Below, in pieces: positions 1-8,632 of a DNA stretch of 64,000 nucleotides. Source of the stretch: Anaerolineales bacterium (GTDB lineage: Bacteria > Chloroflexota > Anaerolineae > Anaerolineales > UBA4823); contig JANXBJ010000007.1 in assembly GCA_025057645.1 (NCBI GenBank), positions 46,664 to 110,663 on the forward strand, written 5' to 3'. The notes below the pieces were generated by a model. It did no database searches and had not been told where the DNA came from. It worked only from the letters and a program-made list of their open reading frames with translations. The position numbers and the translations under genes are program-made. Each line of letters begins with the position of its first letter. Positions within the stretch are counted from its first letter, which is position 1.

Positions 1-216
1 CAGATTATCAAGAAATACTCCCACTGGATCACCGATGAGCGCAAGATGGCTTTGGCGAAACCCGACGCCATCTACATGCATCCTTTACCGGCCGATCGCA
101 ATATTGAGGTCACTGACGGGGTGATTGACGGCCCCCAATCGGTAGTTTACGATGAGGCCGAAAATCGCTTACATGTTCAAAAAGCAGTGATGGCTTTGAC
201 CATGGGAGGGATCTAA
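1..216 (+). CDS. Carbamoyltransferase, C-terminal fragment (gene starts upstream of window)
   Basis: Frame 1 is open from the window edge to TAA at 214-216. The translation ...[49 protein letters not shown] carries the HxLP and NRLHxQKA C-terminal signatures of transcarbamylase-fold enzymes. It is paralogous to 42987-43979 (66 of the last 84 nt identical by my count). Confidence 0.8.
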   Translation, partial: QIIKKYSHWITDERKMALAKPDAIYMHPLPADRNIEVTDGVIDGPQSVVYDEAENRLHVQKAVMALTMGGI

Positions 217-217
217 A

Positions 218-1177
218 ATGGCCGAGAAGAAAGTTGCTGTAGTTGCAATCGGTGGAAACTCGTTAATCAAGGATGAACAGCGCAAGACTGTCGAGGATCA
301 GTACGAAGCCGCAAAAGAGACAACCTATCATATCGCCGACATGATCGAAGCCGGATGGGACGTGGCTATTGGCCACGGAAACGGGCCCCAAGTGGGCTTT
401 ATCCTGCGTCGGTCGGAGATTGCCGCAAAAGTTGAGGGTATGCACGAGGTGCCTTTGGATGTGTGTGGGGCAGACACGCAAGGCGCCATTGGTTACGCCC
501 TCCAACAAACGCTGCAAAACTGGCTGCACAAGCGCGGCATCAAGAAGCCCGTTGCCACAGTGGTCACTCAGGTCCTGGTGGACAAAGACGATCCTGCCTT
601 TAAGAACCCCACCAAACCCATTGGCAGTTTTATGGATGCCGAGGAAGCCCAACGGCGCGCCCGAGAAATGGGATGGAACGTAGTCGAGGATGCAGGACGG
701 GGTTGGCGACGCGTGGTTGCCTCACCCCTGCCAAAAGAAGTGGTCGAATTTGATGCGGTTAAGATCCTTATTGACGCCGGCGCAGTAGTAATCACCGTGG
801 GCGGCGGCGGCATCCCTGTAATCGATGTAGGTGACCGGGAATACCGCGGTGTGGCGGCAGTGATCGACAAAGACTATGCCAGCAGTTTGCTGGCCCGAAA
901 GCTGAACGCAGACCTCTTCCTGATCTCGACCGCCGTGGAGAAAGTGGCACTGAACTTCGGTAAACCCAATCAACAGTGGGTTGACCGCATGACTCTTTCC
1001 GAGGCAAAGAAATACCTTGACGAAGGCATTCATTTCGCAAAAGGCTCGATGGCGCCAAAGGTTCAGGCGATCATCTGGTATTTAGAGGCCGGCGGCAAGC
1101 ATGCGATCATCACCAATCCAGAAAACATCGGGCGGGCGCTGCGCGGCGAAACCGGCACTCATTTTGTGCCGGACTAG
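218..1177 (+). CDS. arcC: Carbamate kinase
   Basis: 319-aa ORF starting 1 nt after the upstream stop. The AVVAIGGNSL and GHGNGPQVG motifs and the overall length are typical of carbamate kinase (amino-acid kinase fold). Confidence 0.9.
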   Translation: MAEKKVAVVAIGGNSLIKDEQRKTVEDQYEAAKETTYHIADMIEAGWDVAIGHGNGPQVGFILRRSEIAAKVEGMHEVPLDVCGADTQGAIGYALQQTLQNWLHKRGIKKPVATVVTQVLVDKDDPAFKNPTKPIGSFMDAEEAQRRAREMGWNVVEDAGRGWRRVVASPLPKEVVEFDAVKILIDAGAVVITVGGGGIPVIDVGDREYRGVAAVIDKDYASSLLARKLNADLFLISTAVEKVALNFGKPNQQWVDRMTLSEAKKYLDEGIHFAKGSMAPKVQAIIWYLEAGGKHAIITNPENIGRALRGETGTHFVPD

Positions 1178-1441
1178 GGAGGCAGTAACCCAATCGGGAC
1201 CGGGCTTGAGAACAAGCGCTAAGGCTAATCAAGCTGGTTCGGGAACCCCGGTCCTCGTTGCGGGTTGTTGGCTTGGTAAAAAATCAAGTCGCATTAACAT
1301 AGTCTCCATAAAAGCGTTTATAATTTAGGTATGCTGGGAGAAAGGAGGTGCCAAGGCGAGAGAAAAGCAAGCATAGAGACTACTTTTCCCAAACCCTTTC
1401 GCTAGAAGTTCTTAGAGAGACTAGTAAGAGGAGAAGGTAAA

Positions 1442-2755
1442 ATGGCATCGAAAACACTTCTGCGTATCCTTGGTGTCTTTCTTGTGCTGAGCCTGCTTCT
1501 CGTGGCTTGCCAACCCCAAGCTCCTGCTCAGCCCCAGGAGGAGCCCCAACAATCGGAGCAAACTCCACCACCCGGCGCTCAACAAGCAGCCGAACAACCC
1601 CAACAACCCCCTCAACCAGTACAAGTAACTGAACCTGCCAAGAAAATCAAGGCATGCTATATCTACGTTGGCCCGATCGGCGACCTGGGTTGGACTCACG
1701 CTCACGATGTTGGTCGGCGTTATGTGGATGACCGTTACGATTGGCTAGAAACTCTCTACGTTGAGAGCGTTGCCGAAGCCGACTCGGCTCGTTTCATCGA
1801 TCGCTTTGTGGTCGAAGAGAAATGCGATGTCGTTTTCACCACTTCTTTCGGCTACATGGATGATACCCTGAAAGCCGCGCAAAAGTATCCGGACAAGATT
1901 TTCGTGCACGTCTCGGGCTTTAAGCGTGCTCCGAATATGGCTACCATGATGGCCGATTTCTACCAAATTTACTATCTGAATGGCCTCATGGCAGGGGCCC
2001 TAACCAAATCGGGCAAGATCGGTTACGTCGCCGCTCACCCCATCCCAGAGGTGGTGCGCCACATCAATGCGTTCACTCTCGGCGTGCGCGAAGCTAAACC
2101 CGAAGCCACAGTGGAAGTGCGCTGGCTCTACTCATGGTATGACCCGGCGAAAGCTCGAGAAGCCGCAGAATCTCTGATCGCAAACGGAGTGGATATCCTC
2201 GCTTTCACCGAGGATAGCCCCGCGGTCGTTCAGGTCGGCGAAGAATACACCACCCAGAAGAACCAACCCGTTTATACCTTCAGCCACTATAGCCCCATGC
2301 ATGACTACGGTCCGAACTCGGTAATAAGCGGACAGCTCGTTAATTGGGGCCTGATCTACGAAGATATTTTGACCAAAATCTACCTAGGGATCTATAACAA
2401 CACCAATCTAGAGAATGTAGATTACTGGGGGCTCCTCAGCGGTGGTTGGCAACTGGGAGCACCTTCGGCCGTCGAATTGGGCGCCCGTTTCGGAGAGCCG
2501 ATCAACCCCAAGTTCGAATCCGCCCTTAAGGAATACAAGGTCAACGAGAAGTATCTCGGTGAGATCAGCATCTATGACCTCGTCTTTAAGCGCATCGAGC
2601 AAATGCGCGACCCGGCCTTGCTCTTCGATCCGTTCACCGGCCCAATTAACGACCAGACTGGGACACAACGAGTCAAGGATGGACAACGCCTCTCCTACCT
2701 CGAGCTAACCACCATCGATTGGTTTGTCGAGGGCGTGATCGGAGAGCCGAAGTAA
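1442..2755 (+). CDS. BMP-family (PnrA/Med-like) ABC substrate-binding lipoprotein, probable nucleoside binder
   Basis: Signal peptide with lipobox LLVAC, then a Q/P-rich tether, then a BMP-type core (CYIYVGPIGDLGWTHAHD...). SD AGGAGAAGG lies just upstream of the ATG. Confidence 0.85.
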   Translation: MASKTLLRILGVFLVLSLLLVACQPQAPAQPQEEPQQSEQTPPPGAQQAAEQPQQPPQPVQVTEPAKKIKACYIYVGPIGDLGWTHAHDVGRRYVDDRYDWLETLYVESVAEADSARFIDRFVVEEKCDVVFTTSFGYMDDTLKAAQKYPDKIFVHVSGFKRAPNMATMMADFYQIYYLNGLMAGALTKSGKIGYVAAHPIPEVVRHINAFTLGVREAKPEATVEVRWLYSWYDPAKAREAAESLIANGVDILAFTEDSPAVVQVGEEYTTQKNQPVYTFSHYSPMHDYGPNSVISGQLVNWGLIYEDILTKIYLGIYNNTNLENVDYWGLLSGGWQLGAPSAVELGARFGEPINPKFESALKEYKVNEKYLGEISIYDLVFKRIEQMRDPALLFDPFTGPINDQTGTQRVKDGQRLSYLELTTIDWFVEGVIGEPK

Positions 2756-2775
2756 ATCTACAACAAGCGCTATTG

Positions 2776-2802
2776 GAGGGAGGGGAAGTTAGCCCCTCCC
2801 TC
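2776..2802 (+). promoter_or_regulatory. Intercistronic stem-loop after the binding-protein gene
   Basis: gagggagggg (2776-2785) pairs perfectly with cccctccctc (2793-2802) around a 7-nt loop. There is no strong T-tract. It sits between the SBP and ATPase genes. Confidence 0.5.
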
Positions 2803-2829
2803 ATTTCCTGACGCCACCCGGAGGCTTCA

Positions 2830-4359
2830 ATGTCTGAAGTTCCCACTGCAGTCTTGATGAAAGGGATTACCAAGCGCTTTGCTGGGGTTGTAGCGAATTC
2901 AAACATCGACTTTGAAGTGCGAGAGGGCGAGATCCATGCCTTGTTGGGCGAAAACGGAGCAGGGAAGACCACGTTAATGAATATTCTGTACGGCATTTAT
3001 CGTCCGGATGAAGGAGAAATTTATATTTACGGCAAGAAAGCCCACATTCACTCTCCCAAGGATGCAATCGCCCTCGGAATTGGGATGGTTCACCAGCAAT
3101 TTCGCCTTGTTCAAACCCACACGGTGGTTGAGAACATCGTTTTAGGGACCGGCAACGGCCTGAGGTTCGAGGAAGAGGAAGTCCGACAAAAAATCGTCGA
3201 TCTGGCTCAACGATACAGCCTTGCAATTAACCCTGATGCTCGGATTTGGCAGCTCTCTGCCGGCGAGCAGCAGAGGGTAGAAATTCTGAAGGCTCTCTAC
3301 CGGGGAGCAAAGATTCTCATTTTAGACGAGCCGACCTCAATGTTGACCCCGCTGGAAATCAAAGAGCTACTTCAAACTCTGAGACGAATGACCGAGGAGG
3401 GGAACACAATCATCTTTATTACCCACAAACTGGACGAAGTTACCGCGGTCAGCCACCGTGTGACTATCCTTAGACAAGGGAAAGTCACCGCCGTGCTCGA
3501 AACCGCCAAAACCAACAAAGTTCAGCTCGCCAATCTAATGGTAGGGAGGGAGGTGCTGTTCCGCCTAGAAAAGCCCTCTGTCGAGCGCGGTTCTGAGGTG
3601 CTGAGAGTGGAAGGGTTGGAGGCTCTAAGCGATAAAGGGCTCATTGCGGTGAATAATGTCTCTTTCACTGTGCATCGAGGAGAGATTCTGGGCATTGCGG
3701 GCGTAGCCGGAAACGGTCAGCGTGAGTTACTTGAGGTGATTGCGGGCCTGCGTCCCGCAACACGGGGGAAAATCTTTATCAACGGGGTCGAAGCCACTCG
3801 CTCTTCCATCAGGGAACGCATTAACATGGGCATGTCTTATGTCCCCGGTGAACGGATGACGGCTCTTGTCCCCAATATGAGTATCGCCGAAAACATGATC
3901 TTAAAGTCCTATCGCACTGCCCCGATTTCGAAAGGAGCGTTCATCGACCGCCGGGAAATGCTGAATTTAGCCCAGCGCTTAATCCAGGAGTACGAGGTAA
4001 TCACGCCGGGACCGGAAAAGCCGGTCAAGTTACTGTCGGGCGGCAACATTCAACGAGCGCTGATGGCGCGCGAGCTATCCCAGCAAGTGGATATCCTCGT
4101 GGCGGCTTACCCAACCAGTGGTCTCGACGTAGGCGCCATCGAGACGATATGGAGAATTCTGCTCTCGCAACGACCTCTGGGTAAAGCCATTTTGTTGGTT
4201 TCAGACGATCTTGAGGAAATCCTGACCTTGAGCGATCGAGTGGCAGTGATGCATAATGGCGAAATTATGGGCATTGTTGAACCCAAGGAGGAGAATCTGG
4301 AGAAAATTGGCCTCATGATGGCCGGCGCGCTGAAACTAGAGCAGGAGCAATGGGTATGA
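2830..4359 (+). CDS. ABC transporter ATP-binding protein with duplicated ATPase domains (nucleoside/sugar type)
   Basis: Walker A GENGAGKTT, signature LSAGEQQRVEI, Walker B ILILDEPT. The second half has LSGGNIQRALM. 509 aa. Confidence 0.9.
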   Translation: MSEVPTAVLMKGITKRFAGVVANSNIDFEVREGEIHALLGENGAGKTTLMNILYGIYRPDEGEIYIYGKKAHIHSPKDAIALGIGMVHQQFRLVQTHTVVENIVLGTGNGLRFEEEEVRQKIVDLAQRYSLAINPDARIWQLSAGEQQRVEILKALYRGAKILILDEPTSMLTPLEIKELLQTLRRMTEEGNTIIFITHKLDEVTAVSHRVTILRQGKVTAVLETAKTNKVQLANLMVGREVLFRLEKPSVERGSEVLRVEGLEALSDKGLIAVNNVSFTVHRGEILGIAGVAGNGQRELLEVIAGLRPATRGKIFINGVEATRSSIRERINMGMSYVPGERMTALVPNMSIAENMILKSYRTAPISKGAFIDRREMLNLAQRLIQEYEVITPGPEKPVKLLSGGNIQRALMARELSQQVDILVAAYPTSGLDVGAIETIWRILLSQRPLGKAILLVSDDLEEILTLSDRVAVMHNGEIMGIVEPKEENLEKIGLMMAGALKLEQEQWV

Positions 4360-5432
4360 GCGTCAAGGTCCGCATCGAGCGACGACTAGAGGTCTCCCGA
4401 ACGACTCAAATCGGATCCATTCTTCTCTCTCTGCTTCTCTCTTTCGTGGTGATTGCGGTCATTTTTTCTTTCCTTGGGGTAAATCCTCTGAACGCCTACC
4501 GGCGCATCTTGATCGGGGGCTTCGGCTCTCTTTACGGCTTATCCGAGTCGGTTGCCAAGTCCATTCCGCTCCTTCTCGCCGGGGCAGGGTTAGCGCTCTC
4601 CTTTAAGGCGCGGGTTTACAACATCGGAGCGGAGGGCCAAATTTTGCTCGGAGCGATCGTAGGAGGTGGAATTGGGCTGGCCTGGCCAGACCTACCTCGA
4701 GGATTGTTGTTGCCCCTGATGTTTCTCGGAGGTTTTCTTGGCGGAGCCCTCTGGGCGCTAATCCCCGCCCTGCTGAAGACCCGCTTCCGAGTTGATGAAG
4801 TTCTGACCAGCTTGATGTTGGTTTACATCGCTAGCGATCTGGTAAGATACCTCGTCTACGGTCCATGGCGAGGAGCGGAACAACGCGGGTTTCCCTATTC
4901 CTCTCCGTTTTCTCTCTCAGCACAACTTCCCCACTTGGGCACGACGCGAATTCACTACCCCACTCTAATCGTGGCTCTCCTTCTCACCCTGGCAATTTAC
5001 ATTTTGCTCTACTACACCAAGCTAGGCTACGAAATCCGCGTTGTAGGGGAGAACCCCGCTGCAGGACGTTATGCCGGGATGAGCGTAGAAAGAGTGATCC
5101 TCTTCGTGCTTGTGCTTAGCGGAGGCTTGGCCGGCTTAGCGGGAGTGGGTGAGGTTGCGGGTATCCACGCCCGCTTGGGCCCTCCGGAAGGGATTTCGCC
5201 CGGCTATGGCTTTACCGCTATCATCGTTGCGTGGCTCGCACGGCTGAATCCCTTGCTGACCGTACTCACGGCCTTCTTTATGGGAGGACTATTAGTCGGA
5301 GGAGACGCAATTCAGACAGCCTTGAACCTGCCTTCGGCAACCATTTTCATCTTCAATGGGGTTATCCTGTTCTTTATCATTGCTGCCGAATATTTGACCA
5401 ATTACCGCGTCAAAGTGGAGGTGGTCAAGTGA
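4350..5432 (+). CDS. ABC transporter permease (BMP/CUT2-type)
   Basis: 360-aa polytopic hydrophobic ORF. The start overlaps the upstream stop (ATG 4350, or ATGA overlap at 4356). Confidence 0.85.
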   Translation: MGMSVKVRIERRLEVSRTTQIGSILLSLLLSFVVIAVIFSFLGVNPLNAYRRILIGGFGSLYGLSESVAKSIPLLLAGAGLALSFKARVYNIGAEGQILLGAIVGGGIGLAWPDLPRGLLLPLMFLGGFLGGALWALIPALLKTRFRVDEVLTSLMLVYIASDLVRYLVYGPWRGAEQRGFPYSSPFSLSAQLPHLGTTRIHYPTLIVALLLTLAIYILLYYTKLGYEIRVVGENPAAGRYAGMSVERVILFVLVLSGGLAGLAGVGEVAGIHARLGPPEGISPGYGFTAIIVAWLARLNPLLTVLTAFFMGGLLVGGDAIQTALNLPSATIFIFNGVILFFIIAAEYLTNYRVKVEVVK

Positions 5433-6349
5433 TTGATTTTATCGTTTCGGTCTTGACTTTGACCATCCCCGCCGGGACGGCACTGCTGTTAGGTACCCTA
5501 GGAGAGGTCTACGCAGAGCGATCGGGGGTGCTCAACTTAGGTGTGGAAGGAATGATGATCATGGGGGCAGTAACGGGATTCGCCGTCACTTTTGCGACCA
5601 AGAACGTGGTGCTTGGAATCTTGGCAGCCAGCTTAGCTGGCATCCTGATGTCTTTGATCCACGCCTATTTCTCGATCACCTTACGGGTTAATCAGGTTGT
5701 CTCAGGGTTAGCCCTGACCATGCTGGGCTTAGGGATCAGCGGTTTGCTGGGCAAACAGTTCATCGGGATGCCACTTCCGGTGCGTCTTCAGCCGGTTCAC
5801 GTCCCCGTCCTAAGTGATTTGCCCATCCTTGGGGAATTTTTCAGGTTTAACATTTTGGTCTACATCTCTATTCTCCTTGTCCCTCTTCTCTCCTTTTTCC
5901 TCTACAAGACCAACTGGGGCATTGTGCTTCGATCGGTTGGAGAAAACCCAGCCGCAGCAGATGCCATGGGAGTGAATGTCTTCCTCGTCCGTTACCTTGC
6001 GGTGATGTTCGGCGGCCTGATGGCCGGATTGGCCGGGGCTTTCCTTTCTGTGGCTTACGCACCGGCTTGGATCGAGGGGATGACTGCGGGAGCGGGATGG
6101 ATCGTGATCGCTTTGACCATTTTCTCGCTCTACGATCCAACCCGAGCTATGCTCGGCGCTTACCTATTCGGCGGGGTGCGCGTCCTTCAATTTCGCCTCC
6201 AGCCCCTAGGAATCCCGGCGAATCTCTTGAACATGTTACCCTTCTTGGTGACGATTTTGGTTTTGGTCTTGATTTCAGAGCAGGCTTTTCGAAGACGGAT
6301 TGGTGTGCCCGCCGCTCTGATGCAACCCTACTCGCGGGAGGAGAAGTAA
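5429..6349 (+). CDS. ABC transporter permease (second subunit)
   Basis: The track ORF 5231-6349 is trimmed to the in-frame GTG at 5429, which overlaps the upstream TGA by 4 nt. From there the sequence VIDFIVSVLTLTIPAGTALLLG... is a typical permease N-terminus. Confidence 0.8.
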   Translation: MIDFIVSVLTLTIPAGTALLLGTLGEVYAERSGVLNLGVEGMMIMGAVTGFAVTFATKNVVLGILAASLAGILMSLIHAYFSITLRVNQVVSGLALTMLGLGISGLLGKQFIGMPLPVRLQPVHVPVLSDLPILGEFFRFNILVYISILLVPLLSFFLYKTNWGIVLRSVGENPAAADAMGVNVFLVRYLAVMFGGLMAGLAGAFLSVAYAPAWIEGMTAGAGWIVIALTIFSLYDPTRAMLGAYLFGGVRVLQFRLQPLGIPANLLNMLPFLVTILVLVLISEQAFRRRIGVPAALMQPYSREEK

Positions 6350-6352
6350 CCT

Positions 6353-7606
6353 GTGAGTCGCTTTCTCGGCTATCGTTGTTCCCTTTGTCAGCGTGAGTAC
6401 TTAGAAAGCCAAGTTCAGTACACCTGCCCGAAGGATGGTGGGAACTTAGATGTAGCCCTAGATGTAGACCACATTCGGAAGTTTGTCTCACCCGGCCAGA
6501 TCTTTGCCCAAGCTGAGCCTTCGATCTGGCGTTACCTTCCCTTGCTGCCGGTTGACGACCCCGGTTTTGAAGGGACTCCGCTGCATCGTGTTGGCTGGAC
6601 TCCCACCTTTGAAACTCCTCGCTTGGCCGAAGAATTGGGTTTGAAAACCCTGTGGGTCAAAGACGAGAGTCGCAACCCCACCGCCTCCTTTAAGGACCGC
6701 GCCAGCGCAGTCGTTGTCACCCGAGCAAGAGAGATCAAGGCAGAAGTGGTCGTAACTGCGTCTACGGGAAATGCAGGCGCAGCGCTGGCCGGGATGGCCG
6801 CGGCCATCGGGCAAAAAGCGGTCATCTTTGCACCGAGAACCGCTCCCCCTGCCAAAGTGGCTCAACTGCTGGTTTTCGGTGCACAGGTGATCCTAGTGGA
6901 CGGCAATTACGATAGCGCTTTCGATCTGACCATCCAAGCTGCCCGGGAATTCGGTTGGTATTGTCGCAACACCGGCTACAACCCCTTCACCGCCGAAGGA
7001 AAGAAGACCGCAGCCTTTGAAATCTGGGAATGGTGGGAGAAAACGCGTCGCCAACATCCTCAATTTAGCCGCTTGAATGTGTTTGTCTCCGTTGGGGACG
7101 GTAACATCATCTCCGGCCTCCATAAGGGCTTCAAGGACTTGCTCGCTCTAGGGTGGATCGAGCAAATGCCGCGCATCTTTGGCGTCCAGTCCACCGGTTC
7201 TGCGGCGATTTACAATGCCTTCCAAGCCGGCACGGAACAGATCACGCCTGTCATAGCGAACACCCTAGCGGATTCGATCTCGGTCGATCTCCCTCGGGAC
7301 GGAGTGCGCGCCGTGCGCGCAGCGCGAGAAACCGGCGGCCGTTATCTCGCCGTGGAAGACGAAAAAATCCTCGAAGCCATCGCCTCTCTGGGAAAGGTAG
7401 GGATTTTCGCCGAACCGGCCGGAGCCACCTCCTACGCCGGTTTAGTTCAGGCGGTTCAAGCCGGATGGATTGGGGAGGAAGACGCAGTGGTGGTGCTTAA
7501 CACCGGCAGCGGCTTGAAAGACATCAAAGCGGCCATGCAAGCAGTTCCCCAAGCACCCGTTATCGAACCGACTCTCAGCGCATTGACGAAGCATCTTTAT
7601 GGATAG
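6353..7606 (+). CDS. Threonine synthase-like fold-type-II PLP enzyme
   Basis: N-terminal Cys-x2-Cys...Cys-P zinc-ribbon-like segment. PLP-lysine motif TASFKDRAS. 417 aa. GTG start preceded by GGGAGGAG. Confidence 0.75.
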   Translation: MSRFLGYRCSLCQREYLESQVQYTCPKDGGNLDVALDVDHIRKFVSPGQIFAQAEPSIWRYLPLLPVDDPGFEGTPLHRVGWTPTFETPRLAEELGLKTLWVKDESRNPTASFKDRASAVVVTRAREIKAEVVVTASTGNAGAALAGMAAAIGQKAVIFAPRTAPPAKVAQLLVFGAQVILVDGNYDSAFDLTIQAAREFGWYCRNTGYNPFTAEGKKTAAFEIWEWWEKTRRQHPQFSRLNVFVSVGDGNIISGLHKGFKDLLALGWIEQMPRIFGVQSTGSAAIYNAFQAGTEQITPVIANTLADSISVDLPRDGVRAVRAARETGGRYLAVEDEKILEAIASLGKVGIFAEPAGATSYAGLVQAVQAGWIGEEDAVVVLNTGSGLKDIKAAMQAVPQAPVIEPTLSALTKHLYG

Positions 7607-8603
7607 AAGAGCAGAGACGACCCCAGAAATTTCCGTGATTGCACCGGTATATAACGAAGTTCAATCTCTGCCAGAATTCTACCGCAGAGTGCGACAAGTC
7701 CTGGATGGATTGGGCTTGAGCTGGGAGCTGCTTTTGGTCGACGACGGTTCGACTGACGGTTCAACCGAACTGATCCGCCACTTTGCTAAAGAGGATCGCC
7801 GGGTGCGCCCGCTGATCTTTGCTCGCAACTTCGGCCATCAACTAGCAGTGACGGCAGGATTGGATTATTGCCGTGGCCGAGCTGCGATTGTCCTTGACTC
7901 CGATCTGCAGGACCCCCCGGAAGTCATGGCAGAACTAATTGCCAAATGGCGTGAGGGATATGAAGTGGTTTACGCCATCCGCTCTGAACGGGAAGGAGAG
8001 AGCTGGTTTAAGCTGCTCACCGCTTCCCTCTTCTATCGGCTAATCTACCGGATTACGGATGTCAAAATCCCCCTGGACACCGGTGACTTCCGTCTGCTGG
8101 ACCGCCAAGTGGTCAAAGTATTAAGAAGAATGCGCGAGCGGCACCGCTTTCTGCGCGGTATGTCGGCTTGGGTCGGGTTCCGGCAGACTGGCGTCCACTA
8201 CCGCAGGGCAGCTCGATTTGCCGGGCAGACCAAATATCCTCTGCGAAAGATGATTAAATTCGCCAGTGATGCGATCACCAGCTTCTCCTATTTGCCGCTC
8301 CAGCTAGCCACCTACCTAGGATTTGCAGCAGCCGGCCTGAGCATCTTAGCCATCCCCATTGTCGTCATCTTGCGCCAATCGGGGATGCAGGCATTTCTAG
8401 GGCAAGCCACGACTCTGATTGCGGTCTTATTCCTAGGGGGAGTACAGCTTATCTCCCTCGGCATCCTAGGAGAGTACATCGGACGACTCTATGACGAAGC
8501 CAAAGGTCGACCATTGTATATTCTAAGAGAAGCCCCCGAGCAAGACGGGGCAAAAGAGCCTGAAGAGCTTGAAAATGAATTCTCGGCAACCGAGCTCTCT
8601 TGA
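7599..8603 (+). CDS. GT2 glycosyltransferase, polyprenyl-phosphate sugar transferase type
   Basis: ISVIAPVYNE, LVDDGSTDGS and DSDLQD (DxD) motifs, with two C-terminal TM helices. The start overlaps the upstream gene by 8 nt. Confidence 0.85.
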   Translation: MDRRAETTPEISVIAPVYNEVQSLPEFYRRVRQVLDGLGLSWELLLVDDGSTDGSTELIRHFAKEDRRVRPLIFARNFGHQLAVTAGLDYCRGRAAIVLDSDLQDPPEVMAELIAKWREGYEVVYAIRSEREGESWFKLLTASLFYRLIYRITDVKIPLDTGDFRLLDRQVVKVLRRMRERHRFLRGMSAWVGFRQTGVHYRRAARFAGQTKYPLRKMIKFASDAITSFSYLPLQLATYLGFAAAGLSILAIPIVVILRQSGMQAFLGQATTLIAVLFLGGVQLISLGILGEYIGRLYDEAKGRPLYILREAPEQDGAKEPEELENEFSATELS

Positions 8604-8632
8604 AACTCAATCTTGTGCAAAGGAGAAACTCT

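Noticed and set aside
263-1058. Antisense and off-frame ORFs in the six-frame track. Examples are 263-652, 568-870 and 722-1033 on the minus strand. Larger ones elsewhere include 24758-25381, 28025-28630, 48240-48950 and 62118-62762.
   Set aside because: Each lies inside, or mostly inside, a longer ORF with clear family motifs. Their translations are Arg/Pro/Ser/Gly-rich low-complexity strings typical of wrong-frame reading of GC-rich coding DNA.
1197-1254. Branched hairpin after carbamate kinase (ggaccggg / cccggtcc, with inner gcttga / tcaagc), examined as a possible tRNA, riboswitch or terminator.
   Set aside because: It has no cloverleaf and no recognisable riboswitch core. The U-tract is poor (tcgttgcgggttgttgg). 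At most it is a weak terminator or mRNA-stabilising structure, and I cannot support a specific call.
1348-1440. Small upstream ORFs ending 1 nt before the binding-protein starts: GTG 1348 to TAA 1440 (30 codons), and ATG 28331 to TAA 28408 (25 codons).
   Set aside because: Neither has a credible SD at proper spacing. The shared ending (AGG TAA n ATG) is simply the similar ribosome-binding region of two paralogous genes. There is no conservation between the two peptides.
2512-2524. gttcgaatccgcc, which resembles a tRNA T-arm/T-loop.
   Set aside because: The preceding bases cannot pair to form the T-stem, no acceptor or anticodon arms can be drawn, and it lies in-frame inside the BMP binding-protein gene (…NPKFESALKEY…).
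5231-5428. Long N-terminal extensions of track ORFs. Affected ORFs are 5231, 12156, 14369, 15847, 31158, 32263 and 33210 on the plus strand, and the upstream ends of 46243-47682, 47649-49103, 52576-54042 and 55808-56905 on the minus strand.
   Set aside because: The extensions overlap the preceding gene in another frame and lack family-like sequence. In-frame internal starts with SD sequences or stop-start overlaps give N-termini typical of the families.
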